Shown here one piece after another: positions 34,889 through 44,416 of a DNA stretch of 44,975 nucleotides. Source of the stretch: Myxococcota bacterium (GTDB lineage Bacteria > Myxococcota > XYA12-FULL-58-9 > JALHOP01); contig JBGGMJ010000206.1 in assembly GCA_041288095.1 (NCBI GenBank), forward strand, positions 1 through 44,975. Direction: 5' to 3'. The translations under genes were made by a program, and so were the position numbers. The first letter of the stretch is position 1. Each line of letters starts with the position of its first letter. Below the pieces are notes generated by a model. The model saw only the letters and a program-made list of their open reading frames with translations, ran no database searches and was not told the DNA's origin.

Positions 34889-35797
34889 TCACGGAGGGGC
34901 AAGCGTCAAGAAGTCGATGAAGCGCGCGTCCTTGCGCACCCCGTCGAAATCGTCGTGACGCACCGCCTGGTCGCGGTAGCGGCTGTCCTGGCTAGTGGCT
35001 TTCGCGAGCTCGCCCACGCACGCCTCGACGTTACCGGCGCGGGCGGCGATGCGCGCCCGGGTGAAAGCGACCACCGCCACCAGGGGGTCACCCCGCGGCA
35101 GCCTCTCGGCGGCGAAGGCCAGCCGTTCGCGCGCTTCCCCGTCCGCCTGGCGCTCGAGGGCCTGCTCGGCCCGCAAGAGCGCGAGCTGTGCATCCACGCG
35201 GTCGACCTCGATGACGCGCAGGTCGCGGACCCGGGGCGTCCCGGGATAGACGAGCTCCACGGCGATGACGTCACCCTTCGGGGAGGTGAGCCAGAGGTCC
35301 GACTCCGGCAAGACGGCGTCGCCAAGCGTCGCCAGGACGACCTGCGTGGCGTCATCGGCGCGCCCGACGATGACCGACCCGCGCCGCTCGATGGTGCCCA
35401 GGGTGGTGGCGGCCGGGGTGGGGCCCGGGGCCGCCCAGCGCATGCCGCTGGCCTCCAGGCGCCCACCCATGCCGGACGCCGCCAGAGTGTCGATCAGCAG
35501 CTTGCGGTCGATGTTCTCGCCGGCGACCAGGCCCGCGAGCGTCGCATCGACGTCGAACAGGTCGCTCTCCTGCAAACGGCCCAGGTTGTGCTGTCGGATG
35601 CGGGGCGGCTCGCCATCTCGCACCTCGAGGAACACGACAGCCGGGGGAACCTCTCGAAAGCCCAAAACCAGGCGTTCGTAGCGGGTCTGCTGAACGCGGC
35701 TGGTGACCGGATTGACACGCGATGGCGGACAGCCGGCCAGGCAGGCAAACGACGCAATAAACAGGGTACCCCGGATGATTGAAACAGAGTGACGCAT
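34889..35797 (-). CDS. Lipoprotein with C-terminal TPR-like repeats
   Basis: Lipobox LAGC; C-terminal ARIAARAG...YRDQAVRHDDFDGVRKDARF. Confidence 0.7.
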   Translation of the reverse strand: MRHSVSIIRGTLFIASFACLAGCPPSRVNPVTSRVQQTRYERLVLGFREVPPAVVFLEVRDGEPPRIRQHNLGRLQESDLFDVDATLAGLVAGENIDRKLLIDTLAASGMGGRLEASGMRWAAPGPTPAATTLGTIERRGSVIVGRADDATQVVLATLGDAVLPESDLWLTSPKGDVIAVELVYPGTPRVRDLRVIEVDRVDAQLALLRAEQALERQADGEARERLAFAAERLPRGDPLVAVVAFTRARIAARAGNVEACVGELAKATSQDSRYRDQAVRHDDFDGVRKDARFIDFLTLAPP

Positions 35798-35842
35798 CCA
35801 TTACCCTTTGAGTCTGACTCGCCGTCCGACCACGTAGCGCCC

Positions 35843-36751
35843 ATGGAATTCGAAGACAAGACACAGGTCCTCAAGACCGCGAGCATCCCGCAGCGCGGTG
35901 AGCGGCGGTCTGCCTGTCTGGTGGTGATTTCCGGCAGCGAGCTCGGGCGCATCTACAAGCTCGACGAGCCGGAGATCGTCCTGGGCCGAGGCGACACCGT
36001 CGGCATCCGTATCGTCGATGACGGCGTCTCGCGAAGGCACGCCAAGCTGATCCAGAAGGGCGACGCGGTCACGCTTCTCGACCTCGACAGCACCAACGGC
36101 ACGTTTTGCAACGGCGAGCGCGTCGACGAGCGGGTCCTGCGCGACGGCGACAAGATCCGCATCGGCACGACCACTATCCTGAAGTTCAGCATGCAAGACG
36201 CCCTCGAGGAGGACTTCAGCCGGCGTCAGTACGAATGGGCGACCCGCGATTCACTCACCGGCTGCTTCAACAAGAAGTACTTCGTCGAGCGTCTGCCGGC
36301 CGAGATCGCCTATGCCAAACGCCACGACAAAGCGTTGTCGCTCGCCATGTGCGACATCGACCACTTCAAGCGCATCAACGACACGTACGGTCACACGGCG
36401 GGCGACGTGGTCCTGCGCAACGTCGCCCGAGCCCTGCTGGAGTCGGTGCGGCAAGAGGACACCGTGTCGCGCTGGGGCGGCGAAGAGTTCGCCGTGGTGA
36501 TGCGCGACACCAAGGGCGACGCGGCCTTCGTCGCGGCCGAGCGTATTCGCCGCCGCCTCGAATTGATGCCCATCGAGTATGACGGCAAGCAAATCATCGT
36601 CACCATCAGCATCGGCATCGCCTCGTGGGGTGAAGTCGAGGCCGTCTCGACTCCCGAGGCTTTCGTGGACCGCGCCGATGCATACCTTTACCGCGCCAAA
36701 CACGAGGGCCGAAACCGCACCGAGAGCATGGCGCGGGGCGATCTGGGATGA
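35843..36751 (+). CDS. FHA-GGDEF diguanylate cyclase
   Basis: FHA LGRG...VSRRHA...DLDSTNGT; DIDHFKRINDTYGHTAGD; RQED I-site; GGEEF. Confidence 0.95.
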   Translation: MEFEDKTQVLKTASIPQRGERRSACLVVISGSELGRIYKLDEPEIVLGRGDTVGIRIVDDGVSRRHAKLIQKGDAVTLLDLDSTNGTFCNGERVDERVLRDGDKIRIGTTTILKFSMQDALEEDFSRRQYEWATRDSLTGCFNKKYFVERLPAEIAYAKRHDKALSLAMCDIDHFKRINDTYGHTAGDVVLRNVARALLESVRQEDTVSRWGGEEFAVVMRDTKGDAAFVAAERIRRRLELMPIEYDGKQIIVTISIGIASWGEVEAVSTPEAFVDRADAYLYRAKHEGRNRTESMARGDLG

Positions 36752-37665
36752 CCATCCCGTGGCGGGTGCCGGATGCCGTGAGGGCCGGCGACGTGGTGCG
36801 GGTGATCGCGCCGTGTGGTGCTTTCGACCGCGAACGCTTCGAGACGGGCTTGCGCCTCATCGAGCGCGCCGGCCTCGTTGTCCGCTACGACGACGCGGTC
36901 TTCGGCCGCCACCGCTACCTCGCCGGTGACGACGAGCGGCGCCTCGGCGAGCTCCGCCACGCCCTCGGCGAAACCGACACGCGCGTGCTTTGGGTCGCGC
37001 GTGGCGGTTACGGCGCGACGCGGCTGCTGCCGCATTTGCCGGTCGACGCCGTGCGCAGAGCGGGGAAGTGGCTCGTTGGCTTCTCGGACGTCACTGCCCT
37101 GCACATGCTGTGGGCTCGGGCGGGCCTCGCGTCGTTGCACGGCGCCAACGTCACGACGTTGTCGCAGTGGTCGGAAGGCGCGCGCGACGAGCTGATGAGC
37201 TGGCTCACACAGCCGGCCCCGCGGTTGTTCAAGGGCAGGGTGAAGCATCGCGGTGAGCTGGTGAGCGGGCGCTTGCTTGGCGGGAATCTGACCGTTCTGG
37301 CCGCTATGGCGGGCACTGGGTCGATGCCGTCGTTGCGGGGCGCCATCGTCCTGCTCGAGGACGTCGGCGAGAGACCGTATCGGCTCGACCGTGTGCTGAC
37401 GCAGCTCGTGCAGTCGGGTGCCTTCGACGGCGTCGCCGGGGTGGTCATCGGGCAGCTCACCGATTGCACCGAGCCCAACGCCGATTACACCGCGCTCGAC
37501 GTGTTGACCGAAGTCCTGGCCCCGTTGGGCGTGCCGGTGCTGGCGGAGCTGCCGATCGGCCACGAACCGTCCTCGCGGGCCGTGCTTTCGGGCGCCGTGG
37601 CAACGCTCGACACCCATGAAGGCGTGTTGACGCTGCGCGGCTCAGCTGCTTCCGTGAGCGTGTGA
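36748..37665 (+). CDS. ldcA: LD-carboxypeptidase (peptidase S66)
   Basis: RGGYG, GFSDVT (Ser), GGNL, LLEDV (Glu), GH (His). Confidence 0.92.
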   Translation: MTIPWRVPDAVRAGDVVRVIAPCGAFDRERFETGLRLIERAGLVVRYDDAVFGRHRYLAGDDERRLGELRHALGETDTRVLWVARGGYGATRLLPHLPVDAVRRAGKWLVGFSDVTALHMLWARAGLASLHGANVTTLSQWSEGARDELMSWLTQPAPRLFKGRVKHRGELVSGRLLGGNLTVLAAMAGTGSMPSLRGAIVLLEDVGERPYRLDRVLTQLVQSGAFDGVAGVVIGQLTDCTEPNADYTALDVLTEVLAPLGVPVLAELPIGHEPSSRAVLSGAVATLDTHEGVLTLRGSAASVSV

Positions 37666-38933
37666 AGCCGAAGCAAGGGGCACCCCTGCCGCAGGTGCAG
37701 GTGCCCGACATCGATCGTTGCATTCAGACGCTGATCGCCGAGAAGACGTGCTCGGCGGCGGCCTGTATCGCTTCGGTCGGCGGTCGCGTCTTCCATCGCG
37801 CCATCTACGGCTGCGCCGTGGCGCCGCCACCGGTGCGCCGGGTGGCCATCGATACGTATTTCGATCTCGGCGCGCTCACCCAACCGCTCGCCACGGGCCT
37901 TGCGGCCATGGAGCTCGCGAGCCGCGGGCGCATCGACCTCGGCGCGAGCCTCGCGACGACGTTGCCGGAGTTTCGCGATCCGAAGTTCGCGGCCGTGACC
38001 ATCGACATGCTGCTCGATCACACCAGTGGTTTCCCTGGGTCACGCGCGTTTTGGCAGGACATCGCGGCCGAAGAGGCCAAGCTTCGTCGTGAGCTCAAGA
38101 CGATGGGCACGCGCAAGGCGGTGGCGAAGGTACGCAAGCGCGTCGCCGAGCTGCGCTTTGACGCCGAGCCCGGCACCAAGGTGATTCCCAGCGACATCGG
38201 CTTCATGATCTTGAGCTGGATTATCGAGAGCATCATCGAGACGCCTCTCGACACGTTCTTGCAGCGTGAGGTCTACCGTGAGCTGGGGCTCGACCAGAGC
38301 TTGCTCTTCGTCCGCCATGACGAACCACCGCCGAAGGTCGGCCCACGCCGCGTCTTTGCCGCCACCGAGAAGAGCGAGTGGCGCGAGAAGCTCCTGCAGG
38401 GACACGTCCAGGACAGCAATGCTTGGGCCATGGGGGGCGTCGCAGGCCACGCCGGGCTCTTCGGCAACGTCGACGCCGTGTGGCAGCTCGTGCACGCGCT
38501 CTGGCAAAGCTACAGCGGCGGCGGCCGCAGCTTTCTCGCGGGACCCGTACGGCGCTTTTGGACGCGCTCGAAGCGCTTCCGCGGTACCACCCGGACGCTC
38601 GCTTGGGACACACCGCCGGCGCATCACGCCCAGGCCGGGAAACGGTTCTCGCTCAACTCGGTGGGCCTCGCCGCGAGCAACGGTTGCACCATCTGGGTGG
38701 ACCTCGCGACCGACATCATCGGCGTGGTCCTGACCAACGCCGCCCACCCGACTCTCGACGGCAAGGAAGACTCGCTCAACAAGTTCCGGCCACGTGTCTA
38801 CGAGCTCATCGCCAAGCACGGCGAGGCGCTGCCGCCCGATCCGGCAAAGGCCGTAGGCGCCGCGGCCTTCTACACGCCGCCGATGGCGGGCAGCGGTGGC
38901 AACATCGCGACGATTCGCAAGCCCGGTAGGTAG
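37662..38933 (+). CDS. Beta-lactamase-fold (class C-like) serine hydrolase homolog lacking catalytic residues
   Basis: Scaffold motifs LLDHTSG, SDIGF, GGVAGHAGLF, LTN present; SxxK reads ALTQ. Confidence 0.88.
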   Translation: MKPKQGAPLPQVQVPDIDRCIQTLIAEKTCSAAACIASVGGRVFHRAIYGCAVAPPPVRRVAIDTYFDLGALTQPLATGLAAMELASRGRIDLGASLATTLPEFRDPKFAAVTIDMLLDHTSGFPGSRAFWQDIAAEEAKLRRELKTMGTRKAVAKVRKRVAELRFDAEPGTKVIPSDIGFMILSWIIESIIETPLDTFLQREVYRELGLDQSLLFVRHDEPPPKVGPRRVFAATEKSEWREKLLQGHVQDSNAWAMGGVAGHAGLFGNVDAVWQLVHALWQSYSGGGRSFLAGPVRRFWTRSKRFRGTTRTLAWDTPPAHHAQAGKRFSLNSVGLAASNGCTIWVDLATDIIGVVLTNAAHPTLDGKEDSLNKFRPRVYELIAKHGEALPPDPAKAVGAAAFYTPPMAGSGGNIATIRKPGR

Positions 38934-38973
38934 AATCTTTTGCTGACCCTGTCGGGGGTGGTACCTCCGAGGC

Positions 38974-40383
38974 GTGGGTAAAGACATCTATCTCATCGGT
39001 ATTTGCGGTACTGGTGTCGGCGCGCTCGCAGGCCTGCTCAAAGCACAAGGGCACCGTGTCCGCGGCAGCGACGTCCACGCCTATCCGCCGATGAGCGACA
39101 AGCTGCGCGAGTGGGGCATCCCCGTGCTCGAGGGCTTCGATGCCGCGCACCTCACGCCCAAGCCCGACCTCGTGATCATCGGCAACGTCGTGCGCGCGAG
39201 CAACCCGGAAGCGGTCGCGGTGCGCGACCAGGGCATTCCGCACATGTCGATGCCGCAGGCCATCGCCGAGTTCGGCATCGGCGACAAACACAGCATCGTC
39301 ATCGCCGGTACTCACGGAAAGACCACGACCTCCGCGTTGGCCGCGCACGTGCTCATGCACGCCGGCCGCGACCCCGGCTATCTCGTCGGTGGCGCGCTCG
39401 TCGGCTATAGCGAGTCGTTCCGCGCGGGCAGGGGTGGTGGTTTCGTCATCGAAGGTGACGAGTACGACACCGCGTATTTCGACAAGGGCCCGAAGTTCAT
39501 GCACTACCGCGCGCGCAGCGCGGTGATCACGAGCCTCGAGTTCGATCACGCCGACATCTTCGCGGACATTGGCGCTGTCGAAAAAGCCTTCGCGGGGTTG
39601 ATCCGCACCGTTCCAGCGGACGGTCACATCATCGTGTGGCACGGCGCCGACCGCGCGCGCCGCTTGATTCGCGAGGGCGCCAAAGCCAAGCGCATCACCA
39701 CCTACGCCACGCGCAAGACGGAAGGCGCGAACCTCTGGCTCGAGAGCTTCACCAGCGGGCCCCAGGGGTTGACCTTCAAGCCGGTCTACGACGGCAAGGC
39801 GCTCGGCGAGATGACCGTGCCGCTGTGGGGTGAGTTCAGCGCCGCCAACGTGCTCGCGGTCATCGGTGCCTTGCGCGACGCGAGCCTCACCCCCGACGAG
39901 CTGCGCGCCGGTTTCGCGAGCTTCGCCGGCGTCCGCCGCCGCCTCGAGCTGCGCGCCGAGCCCGGGGGTGTCGCCATCGTCGACGACTTCGCGCATCACC
40001 CGACCGCGGTCGATGTTACCCTCGAGGCCGCCCGCACGCGCTGGCCCCGCCGCCGCATCTGGGCACTCTTCGAGCCCCGCAGCGCCACCAGCCGCCGTAA
40101 CGTCTTTCAGCAAGAATTCGTCACGGCGTTTGCTAAAGCGGATCGCGTGATCATCGCCTCTCACGAGCGTCTCTCGGAGATCGCGGCCGGCGAGCGTTTC
40201 GATCCGCAACAGCTCGCCTACGACATCATGGGGAAAGGCGTGCCGGCCCGCTTCATCGAGAGCGTCGATACCATCGCCGACACCGTCGCCGCCGAAGCCA
40301 AGGCTGGTGACGTCGTCATGGTGTTCTCGAACGGCGCCTTCGGTGGCTTGCACGAGAAGCTCATCGAGCGGCTGTCGAAGTGA
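38974..40383 (+). CDS. mpl: Murein peptide ligase (UDP-MurNAc:tripeptide ligase)
   Basis: IGICGTG, YPPMS, AGTHGKTTT, EGDEYDTAYFDKGPKF, EFDHADI, DDFAHHPT, FEPRS, FSNGAFGG. Confidence 0.93.
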   Translation: MGKDIYLIGICGTGVGALAGLLKAQGHRVRGSDVHAYPPMSDKLREWGIPVLEGFDAAHLTPKPDLVIIGNVVRASNPEAVAVRDQGIPHMSMPQAIAEFGIGDKHSIVIAGTHGKTTTSALAAHVLMHAGRDPGYLVGGALVGYSESFRAGRGGGFVIEGDEYDTAYFDKGPKFMHYRARSAVITSLEFDHADIFADIGAVEKAFAGLIRTVPADGHIIVWHGADRARRLIREGAKAKRITTYATRKTEGANLWLESFTSGPQGLTFKPVYDGKALGEMTVPLWGEFSAANVLAVIGALRDASLTPDELRAGFASFAGVRRRLELRAEPGGVAIVDDFAHHPTAVDVTLEAARTRWPRRRIWALFEPRSATSRRNVFQQEFVTAFAKADRVIIASHERLSEIAAGERFDPQQLAYDIMGKGVPARFIESVDTIADTVAAEAKAGDVVMVFSNGAFGGLHEKLIERLSK

Positions 40384-41237
40384 CCCTGACCGAGCTCGCC
40401 ATCGAGCGAGCGCGCGCCGGTGGTGACATCCTGCGGCGTTGTTTCGCCAATGGCGTCGGCGTTCGCCACAAGGGCGACATCGATCTCGTGACCGACGCGG
40501 ACCTCGCCGCGGAATCCGAGATCATCAGCGGCATTCGCGCGCGCCATCCCGACCACGCCGTGCTCGCCGAGGAATCCGGCGAAGAAGGGCAGGGCGACGT
40601 CCGCTGGATCATCGACCCCCTCGACGGCACCGTGAACTTCGCGCACGGGATTCCACACTTCAGCGTCCTCATCGCCGTGCAAGAGCGCTCACATGCCGGC
40701 TTCAGCACGCAAATCGGCGTCGTCTACGACCCCATGCGCGAGGAGCTCTTCGTCGCCGAGCGCGGCCGGGGCGCGACCCTCAACGGCAAGCCGATCCACG
40801 TGTCCAAGACGGCGCGGCTCATCGACGCCATGGGAGTCACGGGCTTTGCCTACGACCGGCTGCGCGGCCCCCACGACAATCACGCCGAGTTCTGCGCCCT
40901 GAACCTCGTCACCCAGGGAGTGCGTCGGTTCGGCTCCGCCGGGCTCGACCTCGCGTACGTCGCGAGTGGCCGCTTCGATCTCTACTGGGAGTATGGGTTG
41001 AAGCCGTGGGATCTGTCCGCTGGAGCGTTGCTGGTCGTGGAGGCCGGCGGCAAGGTCACCGACCTCGCGGGCGGCGTGAAGGACCCGAGCCAGGGCGGCG
41101 AGGTCATCGCCAGCAACGGCCTCACCCACGCGGCGACGGTGGCTGCCCTGGCGAGCGCCGCCAAACACCCCGTGAACGACCGGGCCGCGGTCATCGATCA
41201 CCTGCCGCCGGCAATCGCCGAAGGCCTGCGTAGATAG
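40380..41237 (+). CDS. suhB: Inositol monophosphatase family protein (SuhB-like)
   Basis: DLVTDAD, AEE, WIIDPLDGTVNF, GSAGLDL, PWDLSAG. Confidence 0.92.
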   Translation: MTLTELAIERARAGGDILRRCFANGVGVRHKGDIDLVTDADLAAESEIISGIRARHPDHAVLAEESGEEGQGDVRWIIDPLDGTVNFAHGIPHFSVLIAVQERSHAGFSTQIGVVYDPMREELFVAERGRGATLNGKPIHVSKTARLIDAMGVTGFAYDRLRGPHDNHAEFCALNLVTQGVRRFGSAGLDLAYVASGRFDLYWEYGLKPWDLSAGALLVVEAGGKVTDLAGGVKDPSQGGEVIASNGLTHAATVAALASAAKHPVNDRAAVIDHLPPAIAEGLRR

Positions 41238-41281
41238 TCTTTACGTTGCGGAAAGCGACCGATTTGCGCTACGGGTGCGCC

Positions 41282-42151
41282 GTGGACCTGACTACGGTGG
41301 CGGGCAAGGTTCTCGCCTTTGCCAACCGCGCGAGCGAGCAAATCGGCGAAATCATCTCGAGCCCCGAGCTCGAGGCGCGGCTCGATCGCATCCCGACGCG
41401 GCTCTCCGACTATGGCGTCGACGCTTTCGGCTTCGATCCGCAATACGTGAAGCGGGTCATTGGCTTCGGTGCCTGGGTGTACCGCCACTACCACCGCTGC
41501 GAGACCTTCGGCATCGAGAACATCCCCGACGGTCGCTGCATGCTGGTGTCGAACCACTCGGGTCAGTTGCCGATGGACGGCGCCATGATCGCCATGGCGA
41601 TGTTCCTCGAGCGCGAGCCCCCGCGCTTCTGCCGCAGCGCCATCGAGCGCTTCGTGCCCGAGACCCCGTTCGTCTCGACCTTCATGGCGCGGGTCGGCCA
41701 GTTCCTCGGCACCCCCGAAAACGCCAAGCGCCTGCTCGAGGCCGAAGAGTCGCTGCTCGTCTTTCCCGAGGGCGTGCGCGGGCTCAACAAGGTTTGGAGC
41801 GACCGCTATCGCCTGCAAATGTTCGGCACCGGCTTCATGCGGCTCGCCATCGAGACCAACACCCCCATCGTGCCGGTGTCGGTCATCGGCGCCGAAGAGC
41901 AGTCGCCGTCCATCTTCGCTTCGCGCACCCTGGGCAAGATCTTCGGCATCCCGGCGCTGCCGATTACGCCGACCATCGTGCCCTTCCCGGCGCCGACCCG
42001 CTATCGCATCTATTTCGGCAAGCCGATGGTGTTCAGCGGCGACTCGAATGACGAAGACGATGTCATTCGCGCCAAGGTCGAGACCTTGCGCTCGGCGATG
42101 CAGAGCATGGTCGACGAAGGCTTGAAGGCACGCGAGCACGTGTTCTGGTGA
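41282..42151 (+). CDS. Lysophospholipid acyltransferase family protein
   Basis: NHSGQLPMD (HxxxxxD variant), FPEG, GFMRLA...PIVPV; start uncertain. Confidence 0.88.
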   Translation: MDLTTVAGKVLAFANRASEQIGEIISSPELEARLDRIPTRLSDYGVDAFGFDPQYVKRVIGFGAWVYRHYHRCETFGIENIPDGRCMLVSNHSGQLPMDGAMIAMAMFLEREPPRFCRSAIERFVPETPFVSTFMARVGQFLGTPENAKRLLEAEESLLVFPEGVRGLNKVWSDRYRLQMFGTGFMRLAIETNTPIVPVSVIGAEEQSPSIFASRTLGKIFGIPALPITPTIVPFPAPTRYRIYFGKPMVFSGDSNDEDDVIRAKVETLRSAMQSMVDEGLKAREHVFW

Positions 42152-42162
42152 GGGTGAGCTAA

Positions 42163-43092
42163 GTGCGCATCTGTGTGACGGGCATCTCCGGGCGGTTGGG
42201 GCGACGTGTGGCGCAGATGCTGCGGCGCAAGCACGAGGTCGTTGGCATCGATCAGCGCGCTTCGCCAGGGTTGCCCGCCAACATCGTCCACCATCAAGTC
42301 GACATCCGCCGACGTCCCGCCGAGGACATCCTGCGCAACGGCAAGTTCGACGCCGTCGTGCACCTGGGCACGATTCACAACTTCCGCATTCCCAGCGAGA
42401 AGCTCTACGCGCGCAACGTCATCGGCACCGAGACGTTGCTGCGCTACGTCAGCAAGTACAAGATCAAGAAGCTGGTGCTCCTGTCGTCGGGTGACGTTTA
42501 CGGCCCGATGCCGACCAACTCGCACTTCATCGGCGAAGACGCGCCGCTCATGGCGTCGCAGCGCTTCCCCGAGGTACGCACGCTGGTCGCCGTCGACCGC
42601 GCCGTGCAATCGTTTTTCTGGCGGCACGTCGACATCGAGACCGTCATCTTGCGGCCGGCGCATATCGTCGGGCCGCACGTGCGCAACGCGCCGTCGAACT
42701 ATTTCCGCCTTCGCATCATCCCCAAGATCATGGGCTTCGACCCGATCGTCCAGCTCATCGCCGAGGACGATCTGCTCCGCTACATCGAGGCATCGATCGC
42801 GCCCGGCGTCCGTGGCGTGTTCAACCTCGCGAGCACCGACCCGGTTCCGCTATCGCGTATCCTGACGGCGCTGGGTAAGCCCATCTTGCCCGTCCCATAT
42901 CCGCTCTTCCGCGGCTTCCTCGAGCGCGCCTGGCGTTACCGGCTCACGTCGTTTCCGGCTCCCGAGCTCGATCACATTCGCTTCAACGCCGTGCTCGATA
43001 CCGCTCGCGCCCGCGAGGAGCTCAAGACGCTCCCCGAGCGCAGCCTCTACGAGATCCTCGAGCCGTTCCGCGCCGAGACCGCCGACGACTAA
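42163..43092 (+). CDS. NAD-dependent epimerase/dehydratase (extended SDR)
   Basis: VTGISGRLG, NVIGT, SSGDVYG, LRPAHIVG. Confidence 0.88.
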   Translation: MRICVTGISGRLGRRVAQMLRRKHEVVGIDQRASPGLPANIVHHQVDIRRRPAEDILRNGKFDAVVHLGTIHNFRIPSEKLYARNVIGTETLLRYVSKYKIKKLVLLSSGDVYGPMPTNSHFIGEDAPLMASQRFPEVRTLVAVDRAVQSFFWRHVDIETVILRPAHIVGPHVRNAPSNYFRLRIIPKIMGFDPIVQLIAEDDLLRYIEASIAPGVRGVFNLASTDPVPLSRILTALGKPILPVPYPLFRGFLERAWRYRLTSFPAPELDHIRFNAVLDTARAREELKTLPERSLYEILEPFRAETADD

Positions 43093-43184
43093 CCTGCCGT
43101 AGCGTCAGGCCGGAAACGCGACGACGCACGCATCGGCCAGACTGCCGTTCCGAGAATGCGAACACATTCGAGGAACCCCAGCTG

Positions 43185-44399
43185 GTGAACGTTCTTGCGC
43201 ACATGCCCGTCGGGCGGGTCACGCCGCGACGCGACCTCGATGCCGGCGCTCTCGCCATCGCGGAGTGCCTCAACGCGGCCAAGCTGTCGCCGGACGCTCG
43301 CAAGCGTGTCGTCGCCTGGGCGTTGACCCTCATCGACCGCTTCGATGTCTCGGTGAGCGCGCTCGAGCATCTCTTGGTGACGCGAGCATTGCGTGACTTC
43401 GCGGGTGACTTCGACGCCGCTGAGCTGAAGGAGCTGCGTTACGTCTACGCGCGCGGGCACCTCGAGCTCACCGGCGACTCGGCCCCGGCGGACCAGGTGG
43501 TGCGGCTGCCGCTACGTGCGCTCGACGACCGGCGCGCCCGCGTCCTTCAGAACGCCATCTTCGAGAATCGCGGCCTCCTGGACGGATATCGGCCCTCGGT
43601 GGGGCAGGCTTTGACCGCCGGCGCCGCGGCTGCCGTTTGCGTGACGACGCCAGGGGTCCTGCCGCTGGCCGCCGGAGTCGTGCTGGCGAGCGTCGTCGAG
43701 CACCAGATTCACCAGCACATCATGCACCCCGAGCGGGTCATGATCCGCGTCATGTATGGCGACAAGACCGGCGCCCTGCGCATGGCGCGCGACTTCCACT
43801 TCATCCACGAGAGCGTCCATCACGCGCACACCTACCCGGACGGCGATACCGTGAAGTTCCGCGACGGCTCACGCGAGAAGCTCGACAGACTGCTCGAGCG
43901 GACCGGCATGGCGAAGTTCGCGGCAGCGACCGACGATGGCTTGCAGCTCCACGATAGCGGAGCTCGTGGCTCGGCGATCGTCTCGCCGACGATGGTCGCC
44001 ACGGCCGGGGCCTTGGCCGGCCTGTCGTTGCCGGCCGCGATAGCTCTCGGCTTGCCCATGGCGTTGATGCCGATGACACCGCACCTGCTGCACCGCTTCG
44101 CGCACATGTCGCGTACCCAAGCGGCGCAGTACCTCGACTCACTCGCCGCCACTGGTTCGCGCGGCCGTCTGGAGAGCGGCGTTCTTCGCGGGATCATCCA
44201 CACCGCGGCATTCGAGGGCGCGGCGCGGTTCCACAACCAGCACCATCGCGACACCAAGAAGGACCTGAAGACCAACCTGAGCATGCTCGCCGTAGCGGAC
44301 GTGATTTTCGGCACCGGCCGTCGAGCCGACTACGACCTGCTCGTAGCGCTTTGGCGGCAGGACGCGATCGGTTTCCCGGCGGCTCCCGCCCGCGGCTGA
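43185..44399 (+). CDS. Divergent fatty acid hydroxylase/sterol desaturase-like membrane protein with an N-terminal extension
   Basis: His boxes EHQIHQHIMH, HESVHH, HLLHRFAH, HNQHH; N...DVIFGT; two hydrophobic segments. Confidence 0.65.
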   Translation: MNVLAHMPVGRVTPRRDLDAGALAIAECLNAAKLSPDARKRVVAWALTLIDRFDVSVSALEHLLVTRALRDFAGDFDAAELKELRYVYARGHLELTGDSAPADQVVRLPLRALDDRRARVLQNAIFENRGLLDGYRPSVGQALTAGAAAAVCVTTPGVLPLAAGVVLASVVEHQIHQHIMHPERVMIRVMYGDKTGALRMARDFHFIHESVHHAHTYPDGDTVKFRDGSREKLDRLLERTGMAKFAAATDDGLQLHDSGARGSAIVSPTMVATAGALAGLSLPAAIALGLPMALMPMTPHLLHRFAHMSRTQAAQYLDSLAATGSRGRLESGVLRGIIHTAAFEGAARFHNQHHRDTKKDLKTNLSMLAVADVIFGTGRRADYDLLVALWRQDAIGFPAAPARG

Positions 44400-44416
44400 G
44401 GCTCGGAACGACGAGG

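Noticed and set aside
37662..38933. Functional beta-lactam resistance gene
   Set aside because: No catalytic Ser, Lys or Tyr and no signal peptide.
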